Part shown: positions 50,189 to 63,999 of the stretch, piece by piece
How positions within the stretch are numbered: position 1 is the first letter of the stretch
How the letters are laid out: each line of letters begins with the position of its first letter
From: Picochlorum sp. SENEW3
Taxonomy: Eukaryota
Assembly: GCA_034226945.1 (NCBI GenBank)
Contig: CP120455.1
Coordinates: forward strand, 744,001-808,000
Reading direction: 5' to 3'
Length of the DNA stretch: 64,000 nucleotides
Made by a program: the position numbers and the translations under genes
The notes under the pieces: generated by a model
Seen by the model: the letters and a program-made list of their open reading frames with translations, nothing else
Told to the model about the DNA's origin: nothing
The model's database searches: none

Positions 50189-50615
50189 CTGAGTTCCACG
50201 GAACTTTTATCGACTATTACTGGCTACCGAGTCCACATGGTGAGCTACTCTCCATATAATTTATCAATTGCCTTCTTCGAGCCATAGCGAGCACACTAGT
50301 ACTGCCACCATGTTCAAATGAAGGGCAATTGCAATTGCAATGTCCTTAATTAGGCAATTGAAATTGTTTCATTTCAAAAGTTCAATAGATTCGCGGGACT
50401 CCAGTCAGCAATATGGAGTTGCATCGCATCGACAGCGCATAGATTGAATTGTAAATGCGTTGATGCCCTTTGACTGCGGGAAAACGTGTCAATTTCAACG
50501 TGGTTCTCAAGGCCCTCAAAGTCAACTTCCTTCGAAGCTCCCATAAGCGATACAAGGATGTTGCAATAGCTCGGGTATATCATCCAGTCTCATATTTTAT
50601 ATTTTAGGTTCCCAG

Positions 50616-53600
50616 ATGCTTGCGGAGAGTAACAACAGCCTGGGTCTGGAAACAAGCATGAACACGCCTGACGAGAGTGTTTCGAGTAGTCAACTCGGCG
50701 CTTGGCCGAGTGGAAATGTTGACAAAGACTTTCAGCCTATTTTGATGATTGATAAGGCTCTAGATGTGCCAAAGCTGGTAGAAGTAGATGCCACGAGTGT
50801 TTGTGTTCAGTGGTCCTCTGTTCCTGTGACTGTCCACTCCACTGATGTCTATGTTCTGGAGTACCTCATGTCCTTTTTGCTGGAAATGCAGCAAATAAAA
50901 TCCAATAATGAAGATAGTGAACAAGGGATCAGTGAGGAACGATGGTGTACACAGTACTCTGGCCCAGCAACACATGTGCAAGTGAAAGGGTTGCACCCAG
51001 GTAGGAAATATGCCCTTCGAGTGAAATGTCATCCCATGACCACAGACAAGAATGTTCAGATTAAGCTTGCGCCACCATCAGATATTTTGATATTTCAAAC
51101 GAAATCTACCTGCCCATCTGCCATGCTTCCGCCTGTTTTGATAGCTAGGGGCGACGACTTTTTGAATCTGAAGTGGTCAGAACCAGAGGAGAATGGTGGT
51201 CGAGAAATTTCCGAGTATGTTTTGGAAGGAACATTGCCATTGAACCTGCAGGACAATGCGATACTTCCGATAAATGCACAAGGTATGTATGAAGTGTATA
51301 GAGGGAGTGAGAGAACATTTGTGTGGAGGAATCTTTCAGCAGGGGTCAGGTATAATGTGAGAGTAAAGGTATGTGAACATACAGATTTGACAGCGAATAT
51401 AAAATTTTATTATGACCTAATAAATGTGTTTTAGGCTGTCAATTGTCTCGGAGAAGGTGCTTTCAGCAGCATTGCTTCATTTCTCACTCAGGCGTCAGTC
51501 CCCGATGCCCCTAGTCAGATATTTTGCACATCACTAGCATCAGACTCGCTAACGTTTGAATGGCTGAAGCCTTCAGGAAATGGAGCAGAGGTAACTGGCT
51601 ATCGCATTGAGATGGATAATGGTAGAGGCTCGTTCGATTTTGTGGCAAAGGTGCAGGATTGCATGCTTGTTTTGGCAAAGCTTCAGCCTGATTCTGAATA
51701 TACAATTAGAGTTTGTGCGGAGAATGCAAAGGGTCTAAGCCCCTGGAGCCCGCCTCTTGCTGTTCGAACTCTAGTATCAAAGCCAGAAGCCCCAGTAAAC
51801 CTGTCTTACGTATCATCAGAAGGAGTATTGATTTTCTCTTGGCAATCTGCCGGAGGAAAGGTTGATGAGACATACACCTTGGAGGTCAGAGAGAGCGAAG
51901 CTGCATTAGGCAAGGAATGGAAAATTTTGTATCAAGGCAGTGACACCATGTGTGAAACTGTGGAAATTTTGCCTGATTTGGAACACATTGTGAGGGTGAA
52001 ATCAGTTAACCCTGGCGGTGAAAGTTACAGTGAACATATAAATGTCACTATAAAGTCGCATGCAGTTCCATCCTCAGTACATTATTATGAGAATGAGTCA
52101 GGAAATTATTTATCGTGGGTTCTAAAGAAAAGCAAGGGAGATTCGGGGGCTAATATCATGTTTGAGGCTCAAGTATCTGAGACAAGCCACAATACTGATG
52201 AACATACCCACTTTAGAACAGTATATCAGGGGGGGGAACCCAATTGTCTATTAGAGGGATTATCACCTGGAACGAAGTACAAGGCACGAGTACGTATGAA
52301 GTCCGATCAAGGGATCTCAAAATGGAGCAATCATGGTATGTTTAGTCACCAAACTAGTGCTTTCATGGAAGATGTTTTTCAGCCTAACTCAACAATTTCA
52401 TGTCTGCAGTTTGCTTCAAGCCTAGTAAACCCCTTTGTACTATAGACGATATTCAAGTAAGAGATTTGAAAGCATCTTCTTGTTTGATTTCCTGGGATAT
52501 ATCAGACTCTGCCCATCAGCCAAAGTCTTTCACTGTGGGGATCTCTCCTCTCGATGAAAATTTGCCTGGAGATTTCAAAATAGTTTACTCGGGCCAAGAG
52601 ACTTCATGCACAGGTATGTTACCATATTTCCCAAAAGACTTGGACGACTTATTTTGCTCCATCATCATGTTGCAACGAAGATGATATTTTGCAGTGGTGG
52701 ATCTACTACCAGAAACAGCATATGGATGTAAAGTTCGAGGAGAGGATAATAGAAGGCTGGGTCCATGGTCAAAAACAATAAACTTTATAACAACATCTAC
52801 GCTGCCAAATGCTCCAAAGAACTTCAAGATTATTACCAAGTCGAAAAACGAAGTACATGTAGATTGGACGAGAGAAACGTGTTCCGAGGTTGTCAAATAC
52901 ATTCAAATTGAGGCAAACAGAGTTGGGCAGGCTTCACCACGATCTCATCCACTTGTCTGCCAAGTTGCCCCGGATGAAAGTGGCATTGTTAAAAATCTTT
53001 TGTCTGGTTGTCAGTATTCATTTCGAATCAGATCTGGGAGCAGCACGGCCTGGGGCCCTTGGAGTGATCCCTTACTGACAACAACTGAGGCAGATGCACC
53101 AGCAAGACCAAGAGCACCACGTGCCATTCCAGCAGGAGCAGGAAACGCATTCAAGCTGTCCTGGGAGCACCCAGAAGACAACGGATCAACAATATCAGAC
53201 TTTGAGATAGCGACCAGTCTGCATCGAAACTTTGATGACTATGATGTGGTGTATCGAGGGCCTGATGTATCATATCGAGTCACGAATTTAGACTTTGGCT
53301 CCAAGTACTTTGTACGAGTCAGAGCCTATAACAGTGTTGGTAAGAGTGATTGGTCTGATAATACAGAAATTCAGACATCTCTTTCCCCTCCAGCACCTCC
53401 TAGGGTAACAAAGTCTATTGTTCAAGAAGGGGTAGTCCGGATCTCCTGGCAAGAGCAGCAAGCAAGTGTGCATCATGCCAAATGCATTGGCTATGAGGTT
53501 GAGATGAACAAAGCTTATACAAAGTCAAAAACGGAGGGCTATGAATCAAAACATCGACTTGACAAAAAGGCTTCTGCCATCATGCGCAAGTCGTATAAAA

Positions 53601-54052
53601 GAACAGAAGACTCATGCTCGATTCCACTCCCAGAATATTATGGTGACCTCAGCATACGTATCCGCTCAATCGGTGAGCATGGATTAGGTCACGGTAGTTG
53701 GAGTGAGCCGTATGTATTGCATATCGATAGATTGGACAAACTTCACAAAGTAGCAAGTGATGTACAGGTCCACAAGACTGTTGAGCCTGGTAATGGCATG
53801 AAATCCTCTATGAAACAGTCAGAGACCACAGTTCACCCTCACAGAAAGCAGAGAAATATCAACCAACTAGGTAAGGTGCCATAACTACATGTAGCCATGC
53901 CGCAGAATGTATTTTTGATAAGTTTTGTTGATGCAGAGATGAAAGTGGCTAAAAAGCCAAAGCAGAAGGACGAGATGATGCAATTCAATATTTCACTGCT
54001 TATACTAGGACTTCTATTGTCAGTACTTCTGTACCTGTACTTGTATTCTTAA
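50616..54052 (+). CDS. Multi-fibronectin type III repeat protein with C-terminal TM anchor, multi-exon
   Basis: Repeated FN3 motifs (LKWSEPEENGG, LQPDSEYTIRVCAEN, LSWEHPEDNGS, YFVRVRAYNSVGKSDWS). The last exon encodes NISLLILGLLLSVLLYLYLYS followed by a stop at 54052. Confidence 0.85.
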
Positions 54053-54110
54053 TTTATACCGTATATATCGTGTAAGTTGGCGATATTCAACACAGGAGTG
54101 CTTGCGTAGC

Positions 54111-55944
54111 ATGACTGCTCTCAGAATGCTTGGAACGGTTCTTTCCAAACCACGGTTAGCCAAACCATCGTACTATAGAATATCTTCAGATAACAAATGG
54201 TCTCTTTCTTTGCGATCTGTGGGCCGATCAAGCCTTCATGTAGCTGCATCGAAGGAGGCTTTGAGTGTTGAAAAGTTCTCCTCGGTATGTTGGAATTTAG
54301 GATAATCTGAATGTTATCTGTTCATCTTTTGATCAATGTGACTCCTTTGTATAGGAATATGAGGCTGTTATTGGGATCGAGTGCCACGTGCAGCTGAACA
54401 CAGCAACAAAGGCCTTCTGCTCTTGTCAGAATGAGTATGGTGCGGATCCTAATACGCACATCTGCCCGATCTGTTTAGGACATCCTGTATGTGATTGTGT
54501 GTGAGAGAGATGTAGTGTATGAAGACGATGACATTGACATTATTTCTGTTCAGGGCACGCTTCCTATGCTGGGACAAGAAGTAGTTAGAAAAAGTATCCT
54601 GGCTGGTTTGGCTCTCAACTGTAACATCAATAAAGATAGCAAGTTTGACAGGAAACAATATTTCTACGCTGACTTGCCCAAAGGATATCAGATTTCTCAA
54701 TATGATATACCCCTTTGTTATGAAGGGTATATTGATGTCGTTATACCTGATGAGGGGAGCAAGAGAGTTGGGATCACCAGAGCTCACATGGAAGAGGATG
54801 CTGGTAAGATTGTGTATACAGGTGCTGACAGCCTTTCTGGTTCTCAATCTTCACAAGTAGATTATAATAGAGGTGGGGTTCCGTTACTAGAGATTGTATC
54901 CGAGCCGGATATGAGAACTGGAAAAGAAGCTGCAATGTATGCAGCAGAACTTCGAAGAATTATGCTGTGCATAGGGGCATCCAACGGCAATATGGCTGTA
55001 CGTGATTAAGATTATTATTTCAGCATGGCTGGCATGTGAATAATTTTTCACTCATATTGCAGGAGGGATCCATGAGGTGCGATGTAAACGTGTCTGTACG
55101 ACGAAAGGGAGCGACAGAATTTGGAACAAAGGTGGAAATCAAGAACATGAATTCTTTCAATGCAATGCAAAGGGCAATAGACTACGAGTACATTAGGCAG
55201 TGTCAATTGATTGAAGATAATAACGAGTCAGAAATTGTGCAAGAGACTCGATTATGGGACGAAAACACCCAATCAACAGCCTCAATGAGGAGGAAGGAAG
55301 GTCTGGCTGACTACAGATACTTTCCAGAACCTGACATCCCAGATTTGCATATTTCGGAAGAGTTCATACAAAGCCTCAAAGAGTCTCTGCCTGAACTTCC
55401 ATCAGAAAAAAGAAAGCGATACATGTCTCTGGGATTATCGGAATATGATGCCCTTGTTCTCAGCGATGATGAAGATATTGCAGCATATTTCGACAGAGTA
55501 CTCAACTCTGGAGCTTCTGTGAAGCAGGCAGCAAACTGGGTTATGGGGGATGTGAATGCTGTAGTCAAATCCGAAGGAATCAAATTTTCCAATCTGAAGA
55601 TGACACCAGAGACGCTGGGAGATATGATCAAATTGATTGAAGAGTCGGTCATCAGTGGGAAGATTGGCAAAGAAATTTTGCCCAGGTTGGTGAATGGGGA
55701 AGCAGAGGGGAAGAGCGTTAGGGAATTTGTCGACGCTAATGGTCTCATTCAGATATCTGATGAAGCAACATTGCGTGAAATTGTACAGAAGGTATTCGAT
55801 GCCAACCCATCACAGCTGGAAGGATATAGAAACGGCAAGACAAAGTTAAAGGGCTACTTTGTTGGCCAAGTCATGAAGGAATCTGGTGGAAGAGCTAATC
55901 CTAAGGAACTCAATAGGATTTTGATGAGCATGCTGGATGCATAG
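54111..55944 (+). CDS. gatB: Glu-tRNA(Gln) amidotransferase subunit B, organellar, 4 exons
   Basis: [45 protein letters not shown] and YRYFPEPD. Exons 54111-54284, 54355-54486, 54554-54997, 55063-55944. Confidence 0.96.
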
Positions 55945-55991
55945 ATTTAATATATTTTTATAGTTCAATATGATTTAGAAGATTATAGCCT

Positions 55992-58900
55992 ATGATGCGC
56001 ACGAAAGAGTCGAGCCTAGCCGAGTACAAGGCCTGGCTCAAGGAACGGTGGTCACCACTTGTGGCTCTCATTCCGGAGGAAGAAGCGGAAGAATACTGCC
56101 GTGATGAATTTAATAAAGATTTAAAGGATATATTCCTCTGCGAACGCCGTGTCAAAGGTTTAAACAAAGGCTTAGGAGGTGTGTTCGTTGTCATGAAACG
56201 GTCTTTAAGCTGCAGTAGAGCTGACTATAGTCTAATTTGTGGATACTATATACTATGCAGTCCCGATTAGGACGCCTGCTGAATATCCAATACGCCTCCA
56301 TGAGGTGACGATCCGTTTCTGCAGTGCTGGGTCAGAGTTTTCAGTTCTGAGTGATGCCTCTGACATCATAGCAGCAGAGAATCAATTAGTAGATGTTTTG
56401 CATCAGCACATGCCCGAAGAAGAACGTTCGGATGATACGTCAGAGGATCTTCCGGAGTATTTTGAGCGCTATTGCGAGGTTTTGTTTGATGCTCTACGGT
56501 TTCAAGTTCATGAGACTCAAGATGATCCATTAATTTGTACGTTCCCTGTTGACTTGTTTTCAATGCTTTCGTCTGACGTGTACTTACTTCTATTTACAGG
56601 CCTTTTTGTTATGCATGTGAGTTCGATTGAGTCCTGGCGGCAGAAATTGGAAATATTGGAGCAGAACTTGTCACCAAAGTTGTTGACTTTGCTGTCCGGT
56701 GGAATGGCTCAGAGGCACGTCATCTTTGTCGGAGAATATGATGAGAAGTTTGATACTGCATTGAAGCTGTATGAGGAAGAGAAAGGAAAGAAGAGATACT
56801 CGCTCCCAAGTTATGTCGATTTGTCTCAAGAGAGGGAAAACACAATTAAATCAAGTCCTGGCATGCAATTGGAGACGTTTGTTGAGGCTTTGTCATCCAC
56901 ATGTCTCATTCCATTTATAGAGGAACGGATAAGAGAATTGGAAGTGGTAATAGGATCATCGAGAAGAGGGTTGAAGAATCAATTGAAAACATTTTTGTTC
57001 CGCAAGTCAACTTCTTCTCAGTCAAGCATGGGTGCATTTGATGGATCTGAAGAATCTGAACACTCAATCTATTCTCAGAGTTCGCCTCAGTTTCAAGAGC
57101 TCAATCAGGCTAGTGTTGAGGCAGCCATGAGACGCCAAAGTGATTTGCTGATCATGGTGGGTGATTACAATACTGCAATTTCTACCTTGAAGCTTTTGTC
57201 AGCAGATTTAAAATCTGACAAGTTGTATTTCCACTATGCATCTGCCCAGGAATGTCTAGGAGTTGCAAATATTGTTGGCGGTATTTCGCTTGCTACATGC
57301 ATAGGGCATTTTAAAGAGTCATTCATTCGATATGCTGGATTGATAGAGGCAGAAAAAGGATTTGGCAAATCTCTAGCAACCCTTTATTCCACCAGATTAT
57401 CTCTCACATGGGCAAGATTACTTTCATCGATTGGTAGGTACTCGGATGCTAGTTGGATTATTATGAGAGCTCATTTCAATGAGTGGAGCTTAAGAGCGGG
57501 GTTACTGTTGGAATACTCTTCTTATTTCCAGGCACAACAAGTGCCACCCAAGAATAGGAGACGTGGTTTTCACTTAGTTCTTGCAGGACTTCGTTACGGA
57601 CAGTCCAATGAAATGAAGCTTGCTTCATTGATGCATAGAAAGGCTATCAAAGTTCTAGATGGTAGAGGTTGGGACGTTATGGAAGAACATTTGCATGAAG
57701 CTCTAGGCCAGGAATATCGCGATGCAGGAGAAAACGCAAAAGCATTGCAGCATATTGCTTCCACAGTAACCTGTATGAATATTCCAGGACATCTTCAATC
57801 TCATCACATGTCTCATTTCATTGATTTGTACGCCAAGGTGGCGGAAGAAATGGTACGAATACAGTGGCTGTAGTTTAATTTTGAGAAGAGTCAATCATGC
57901 ATTTCTATGTTATATCTGCAGGGAACTAAGTCTCGTATCGAGTTAGATTTACCTGAATTCGATACATCACACCTTAGAATAATTTCAGGAGGAGAGCATG
58001 ACTACTTTGATGGTGCATCAAGAGATATTCATCCCAGGGTGTGGAAAGAAATGGAGATTTGCTTCCCTCGAGTCCCGTCATCGAAGATCTTACCCAAGGC
58101 GAACAAAGATGCCTCCACCAATTCATCATATGCGGGGGAGGACATCCTCGTCGCGTTGCCTGTGTATAATCCTTTGAAAATTGACATTGAAGCTGATGAC
58201 TTGGAATTGATGTGCTCCACAAGTGATCAGCCTCAAGCTGATAGCAGTCTGACTTGCTCTAGAGAGTATCAACATCTATATCCTGGTGAAAAAACGATGA
58301 TTTATCTTAAATGTCGGCCTTTGAGTACTGGAGTCTTGAAAATCGGGGGTCTCCGCTGGAGAATGGGAGGAATTCCCTGTGAGAAGATCTTCAGACCCAA
58401 TATTTCCAAATGGTCCATCGAACCCGAAAACAGAACTTTGAGAGGAGGCGAAATCGAATTTCAGATTCTGCCACCGATGCCACGACTGAAGATTGAGTTG
58501 ACATCTTTCCCAGAAGAAGTCAATGTAGGAGAAGTCGTAGAGTGTGAGATTGAAATGACAAACGTTGGAGCAATTTCACTGCACAACATCACAGCAATAG
58601 CTTCTCCAAGCATCACCCTTTCCGAAGCAATCGTAGAGGATATGAAAGAGGGCTCAGAATTCAGACAGTATAGGTATAACTTCCAGCTACCCGTTTCAGA
58701 GAAAAGCAAGTCCAAACTTACCTTTAGGGCTGAGCACCCAGGTCACCAGACTGTGTACATCGTTTGGAAATATGAGCCTTTAGTGCAAGTAGGGTGTCAA
58801 CCATCTAGAATGTTGCGACTAGCTAAACGGATGCATGCTCTGCCAATCTTGGATTTGAGAGCATTCCTGATTTCTTCTGCAGAGACTGAAAAGATTTTGC

Positions 58901-59664
58901 TGGAGATCCACAATGCACAGACGAATGATATAACATTAAACCAATTTTGCTTGCATAACAATTCTGCTGTCACTTCGTTTGAGATTCAAGATCAACTGGA
59001 TGTGGGAGCTTCTCAGGAGCTTTCATATGGAATTGAGGAGGGCACGATCTGTGAGGATGCCATGCATAAACATAAGCACTTACATTTGCTTGCGAATGAT
59101 TCGAAATATCTTATCTCACAAAAAGATAAGTCTCCAATGGGAGTGCTATATTTTACGAGCAGAGAAACTAATAGGGAAGCTTTTGTCGTTAGTCCATTAT
59201 CCAGGTATGCTCAACACGTCTACCCAATTTCTTTTCCAACATAGTTTCTCCATACATTCTGATTTTTATACCGTAGGGAATCTGAGGAGCATTGTATTTT
59301 GGGACAATTATGCGGACCAAAATCATTGAACCACAATTTTAGCAAAGGTCCTCTATCAATCAATTTAGAACTCAGGATTCAAAGTCAGCTGCATGAAACA
59401 GTTGATGCCTGCTGGATAATAGGGCAAACACCAAAACAGGCACGGGTAACCACAAACCTCATTTGGAAGGGGGAAAAGTGCGGCATGGTGCATGATATTC
59501 AACCAATGGAGAAGCGTTTCATTATCCTTGACACTCTTGTTCACTCTCCTGGTTTGTTACAGATTGACAATATTTATATCAACTGGAATACTCGGGCGCA
59601 TTTCCAGACAGGATCAATAAAGATAAAATCGTCATTTATTACCATCAGTCATGTCAGCGATTGA
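55992..59664 (+). CDS. TRS85: TRAPP III subunit Trs85/TRAPPC8, multi-exon
   Basis: RRGLKNQLK, MRRQSDLLIMVGDYNTA..DLKSDK..HYASAQE, RRRGFHLVLAG and a C-terminal Ig-like region (YNPLKIDI). Exon boundaries are approximate. Confidence 0.8.
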
Positions 59665-59687
59665 AAACTTGTGTAAACACCTGACAC

Positions 59688-60848
59688 TCATGTACTGCCC
59701 CTTAGTGACTGCTGCAAGGCTAAAACCTGACTTTTCTGCTGGGGAGGCAATAACTCTATTTGTTCCGCTGTTAAACTCATCACCTGCTGTAACAATGCTG
59801 CAAAACAACAGGATACAAACGTAAGCATGCGTAGAAAGTAAAATGGACACCATCTGAGGCAGCAACATACCTTGTTGCTGTTCACTGGTCATACCAGGCA
59901 CAGGGGCTGTCATTGGAGCAGAACCTGCTCCAATGGGCCTTGATGCCATTGAAACCATTGGCCTAGGAGCTGCAGTCATGGGAACTTGAGGAGCTGGTGC
60001 TGCCATATTTGCTCGTCGAGGGTCTGCAGGGACAGGTAAAGCACCATTCGCATCCATCTGACCCATATCTGGCGCGCCATCGCCCAAGGGATTTCCTACC
60101 AGTCCTAATACAATCTCAATAATAAGTATTGCTTGCGAGAGTTGCGGATTTTCGATCAAAAATTGTCGTGCCTGATCTGGATGTTCTACACTAAACTTCT
60201 GTACCTGAGCAAGATATTCATACAGCTCATTCTTATTCTTTCTCGAGAGCAATGATATAATCTTGTTTGTATCTGCATCCAAATCACATGGAGCTCCCAA
60301 CGTCTCACCCATTCCTTTTGCTGCATGCTGCACAGCATCTACCCCAATTGGCTTGTTGGGAAACATTCTCTTCCTTGCAAACGAATCATCCCCCTGACGA
60401 TCCATCGCACTATTCTCTGCAAATACTATTCGCATTGTTCTCGAATTTAATTCCGTCCCGTTCAGATTGCGAACTGCACTTTCTGCAGTAGCAATGTCAT
60501 GGTACTCCACAAACCCAAATCCTCTCGGCTTGCCTGTCTCTTTATCGGTCACAATCCTACAACAAAAGAACCGTAACCTCATATATGCCCAAACTGGATC
60601 GTCAATACACCTCTTGCATGCCGCACCTGACACCTTTCACAGGGCCAACCTGGGAAAAATAATCAATCACATCTTGCTCACTCAAATCATACGCAAGATT
60701 CCCCACTGCATTCCATGGTAATATTTATATGGATAATGACACTGTTATCATTCATTTGAGCCAATTGACGCGAGCAGCAAGCGTTCCACGCACCGAATAC
60801 AGAACTCGCAGGTGTCCCCACACCCCCTGAGGATGTCATGGCATTCAT
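59688..60848 (-). CDS. CSTF2: Cleavage stimulation factor 64-kDa subunit (CstF64/Rna15), multi-exon
   Basis: RRM (DKETGKPRGFGFVEY..AESAVRNLNG), hinge (PDQARQFLIENPQL) and C-terminal LLQQVMSLTAEQIELLPPQQK. Confidence 0.9.
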
Positions 60849-61161
60849 TTTTGCTATATTTGCTTTTTTATAGACATGTATTTTACCATGGGATGAACAC
60901 GATGAAGAAGCATCGGCAGATGCGTCCACGTTGCATCGAAGAAAGGTTGGCCCATCGACGGTGATGTTTCATGGGATGAGATGCCTTTACAGGGACATGT
61001 GTCCCTCAACATCATGTTCACCATGGCATGGTTATGAATGCGGGATCCATTTCAAAATTATCCAAAAGAACAGAGTTTAAAAATATTACAGTGTAGTGCT
61101 CTGAGAGCATTCAAGTACCATTGGCGTGTTGTAGCATTTCATTTCTTTTGATACCCGAACA

Positions 61162-61653
61162 ATGTCACCTAGTTCGGTTGCAGGACAGGAATTACGATCT
61201 CTTTTTAGGGCATTTATGCGAGAAAGTGCGTCGATATCGTTCCACTGCGCCCTAAAAGGCTCTCAGGTAGTTGACCATGTTCTGGTTTCTTTCTGCAGGT
61301 TCAAAATACCCCAATTATAACATTAGAGAGTACGTTGCTTCTTTGAGAATATCTAAGAGTGTTGGTCAGCCATATCTAGTGAATGTCTAATGCTATCTCT
61401 GTGTGGTGCAGGTATATAAGAAGAAGAGCTCGAGAAGAGTTTCGTCGATCCCCAAAAGAGAGTGGCGAGGACATTACAGCAATCAAAGCAGATTTGGATG
61501 TCGTCAAACGACAGGGTATTGTATATTCATTGTACTCGAGGGGGTCCAAGAGTGTCATGGTATGTGCTACATGTACCTCTTGCTGTCACCATCTGTTTCC
61601 ACATGACCCATCTACATCTAATGACATTGCAGGATTTGCCCAAAGCAGCCTAG
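61162..61653 (+). CDS. ISD11: LYR-motif protein ISD11/LYRM4, 4 small exons
   Basis: The spliced product reads LFRAFMRESSKYPNYNIREYIRRRAREEFR...LDVVKRQGIVYSLY. Confidence 0.82.
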
Positions 61654-61848
61654 CCATGCTTGGTTCTAATACAATTATTCCATGTTTCAGCGAGCATCAT
61701 GTCCAGAGAGTGATCTCTCCATCATGATGTACACAAGGTTGTTTAAAGTACTAGTCCAGTGCATTGTCAGTGATTGACATGGATGTCCATGCTCATACAA
61801 ATAATCCATCATTTGCCTTTTGTAATAATGTAATAATGAAATGTTGTC

Positions 61849-63810
61849 ATGTTGATATTTGGAGTATGCCTTGTATTTAGGCTGTGTTGTGCTTTGTGTC
61901 TCTCAACTGCCTTCGCACCGGATGAGTTTTGGCAGGGACCTGAAGTAGCTCATAAACTGGTTTTTGGGTACGATTCTATTATAAGGTTATATTGCATGTG
62001 TTTGGAGAGCGGGTGATGCTAGATCAGTTTCGATTTTCAGGTATGGTCATTTGACTTGGGAGTGGGGAGCTGGCCTCCGAAGCTATGTTCACCCGTTGCT
62101 TTATGGAGCTTTCTATTACTTTTTGAGGTTACTGGGACTGGATACGCGATACTTGGTCTTCAAGGGGCCACAGCTGCTTCATAGTGTGTTTGCTGCTTGG
62201 ACAGATGTCAGTGTGTACAGGCTGACCCTGGTGTATTTCAGGAATGAGCGCCTATCAAGGTATGTTTCTTTCCAAGATGGTTACATGTCTTTCTTTGAAG
62301 GTGTCACATGGGTGCATTCCGCTACAGGATTGCGCTGATGTGTCAGTTGCTAAACTGGTTCAATGCATACTGCCTTGTACGGTCATATTCTAGTTCTGTC
62401 GAGGCTTGCCTTATGGCACATGCCATGTACCAGGTATCGGCGCTCTTAACTTCATCACAGGATATCTCAGATCCTCTTCACCACATCAAATGGATTGTAT
62501 TTGCCGCACTGAGCATTGTTTTTAGGCCGGCAAGTGCGCTCTTTTGGGCATGTGTTGCTCTGTACATTGTGAGCAAAGTTCGAGGGAGATCAAAGGAGCG
62601 CATAGAAGTCATTGTTTTGGGGATAGTGATCGGCACGCTTGTTATTGGACTATCATGCTGTGTCGACAGGCTTTTCTATGGAAGGTGAGAGATGTGCATG
62701 ACTGCTCCCTGGTTTGATGATTCAAACGAATTGAGTATCCTGTGCTGCAGGTGGGAATTTGTGCCCTGGAATTTTTTCAAGTTCAACCTATTAGAGAATA
62801 AGTCAAACTTGTACGGAAAAAGCACATGGCATGCAAATTTCACGGAGCATCTCCCCTCAATGCTGCTTTCATTCACACCATTCTTTGTGATTGGCTGCTT
62901 TCGATTGCTGAAGGCACAGTACGTCTATCTATCAAGGGTAGTTGTCCAACTCGAATACTCAACATTTCTACAATTCGTGCAGGAAAGGGCATTTTATTGC
63001 TGCAGGCACATTGTATATGGTCTTGTACAGCCTCCCAGCTCACAAGGAGATTCGCTTTCTTATACCTGCCTTGCAATTATTTATTCCAGTTTGCGCAGCA
63101 GGTTTGGCATCCTTTTTGGCATCAAATTATGGGAGAAAGATTGAAGTGATAGCACTACTATTTGGCATTCAGATGATGATGTTTTTATATTTTGGACGAT
63201 ATCATCAAAGGTTGGTTGATGTTATGGTGCTGGGACATTGAGTATATGTGTATACCTTATATTCTTTCCAATGAAACGCAGGGCACAAATAGAGGTCATG
63301 GATATTATTAGTGATTTTCGGAGTACGGCTCATGAAGACGTGAAGGTTTTGTTTCTGACACCCTGTCATTCAACACCGTATTACTCATCTCTCCACAGGA
63401 AGATTGATATGAGATTTTTGGACTGCTCTCCGACAGGTACGAGCAATTGGTGACAGGACTTGATCTATACTTTTATCTCATGCTATATATATGCCTGTAT
63501 AGAATTCCGGAGCAAAGTATACGAGATCAATAAACAGGAAAGAAAGTGGCTCCCTTTCCCAAGAGAAGGCACTATCAGTGGACTGTCAGAAAGAGAATAT
63601 TTTGAAAAGCATCCGGCAGGCACACTTTCGTCTATGCTGAATTCCGCAGTATATCTGCCGGATCTCATAGTATCATTTTCATCGACGAGTAGAGAAATCG
63701 AACCTGTACTACAAAAGAACTCTTACACACTGCGGAAAAAACTGTCAAATTGTCTGCTGACTTTTGAAGATTCCTCCGAGTGCATCATAGACATTTGGGT
63801 TTTACGGTAG
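61849..63810 (+). CDS. PIGB: GPI mannosyltransferase 3 (PIG-B/Gpi10), multi-exon
   Basis: PDEFWQGPEVAHKLVFG|YGHLTWEW..LRSYVHP, HKEIRF and FLTPCHSTPYYS..MRFLDC. Confidence 0.9.
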
Positions 63811-63999
63811 ACAAGCCTCCATCTGGCCGAGACAACCCTGAAGATCAATTAGAAGATGTGCGCACAGTGCAATCCGTTCGCATGGGACCGAGACGCTGCT
63901 CCAGCAAGACGCTGGCTCTACGCAATGATTGAAGTGTTGCGACCACATTACAATCGGACTCGCATGGGAATATCGCTGAGTCATCAGCAACGTCCACTC
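63802..63999 (-). CDS. Possible 3' end of an unidentified gene running off the window
   Basis: Open minus-strand frame from the window edge to a stop at 63802. No motif recognised. Confidence 0.3.
   Translation of the reverse strand, partial: EWTLLMTQRYSHASPIVMWSQHFNHCVEPASCWSSVSVPCERIALCAHLLIDLQGCLGQMEACLP

Noticed and set aside
54053..54110. FN3-gatB as a polycistron (similarly SDR-carrier at 46057-46148)
   Set aside because: A TGTAA signal is present in or at the spacer (54071; 46149-46153), favouring normal 3' end formation.
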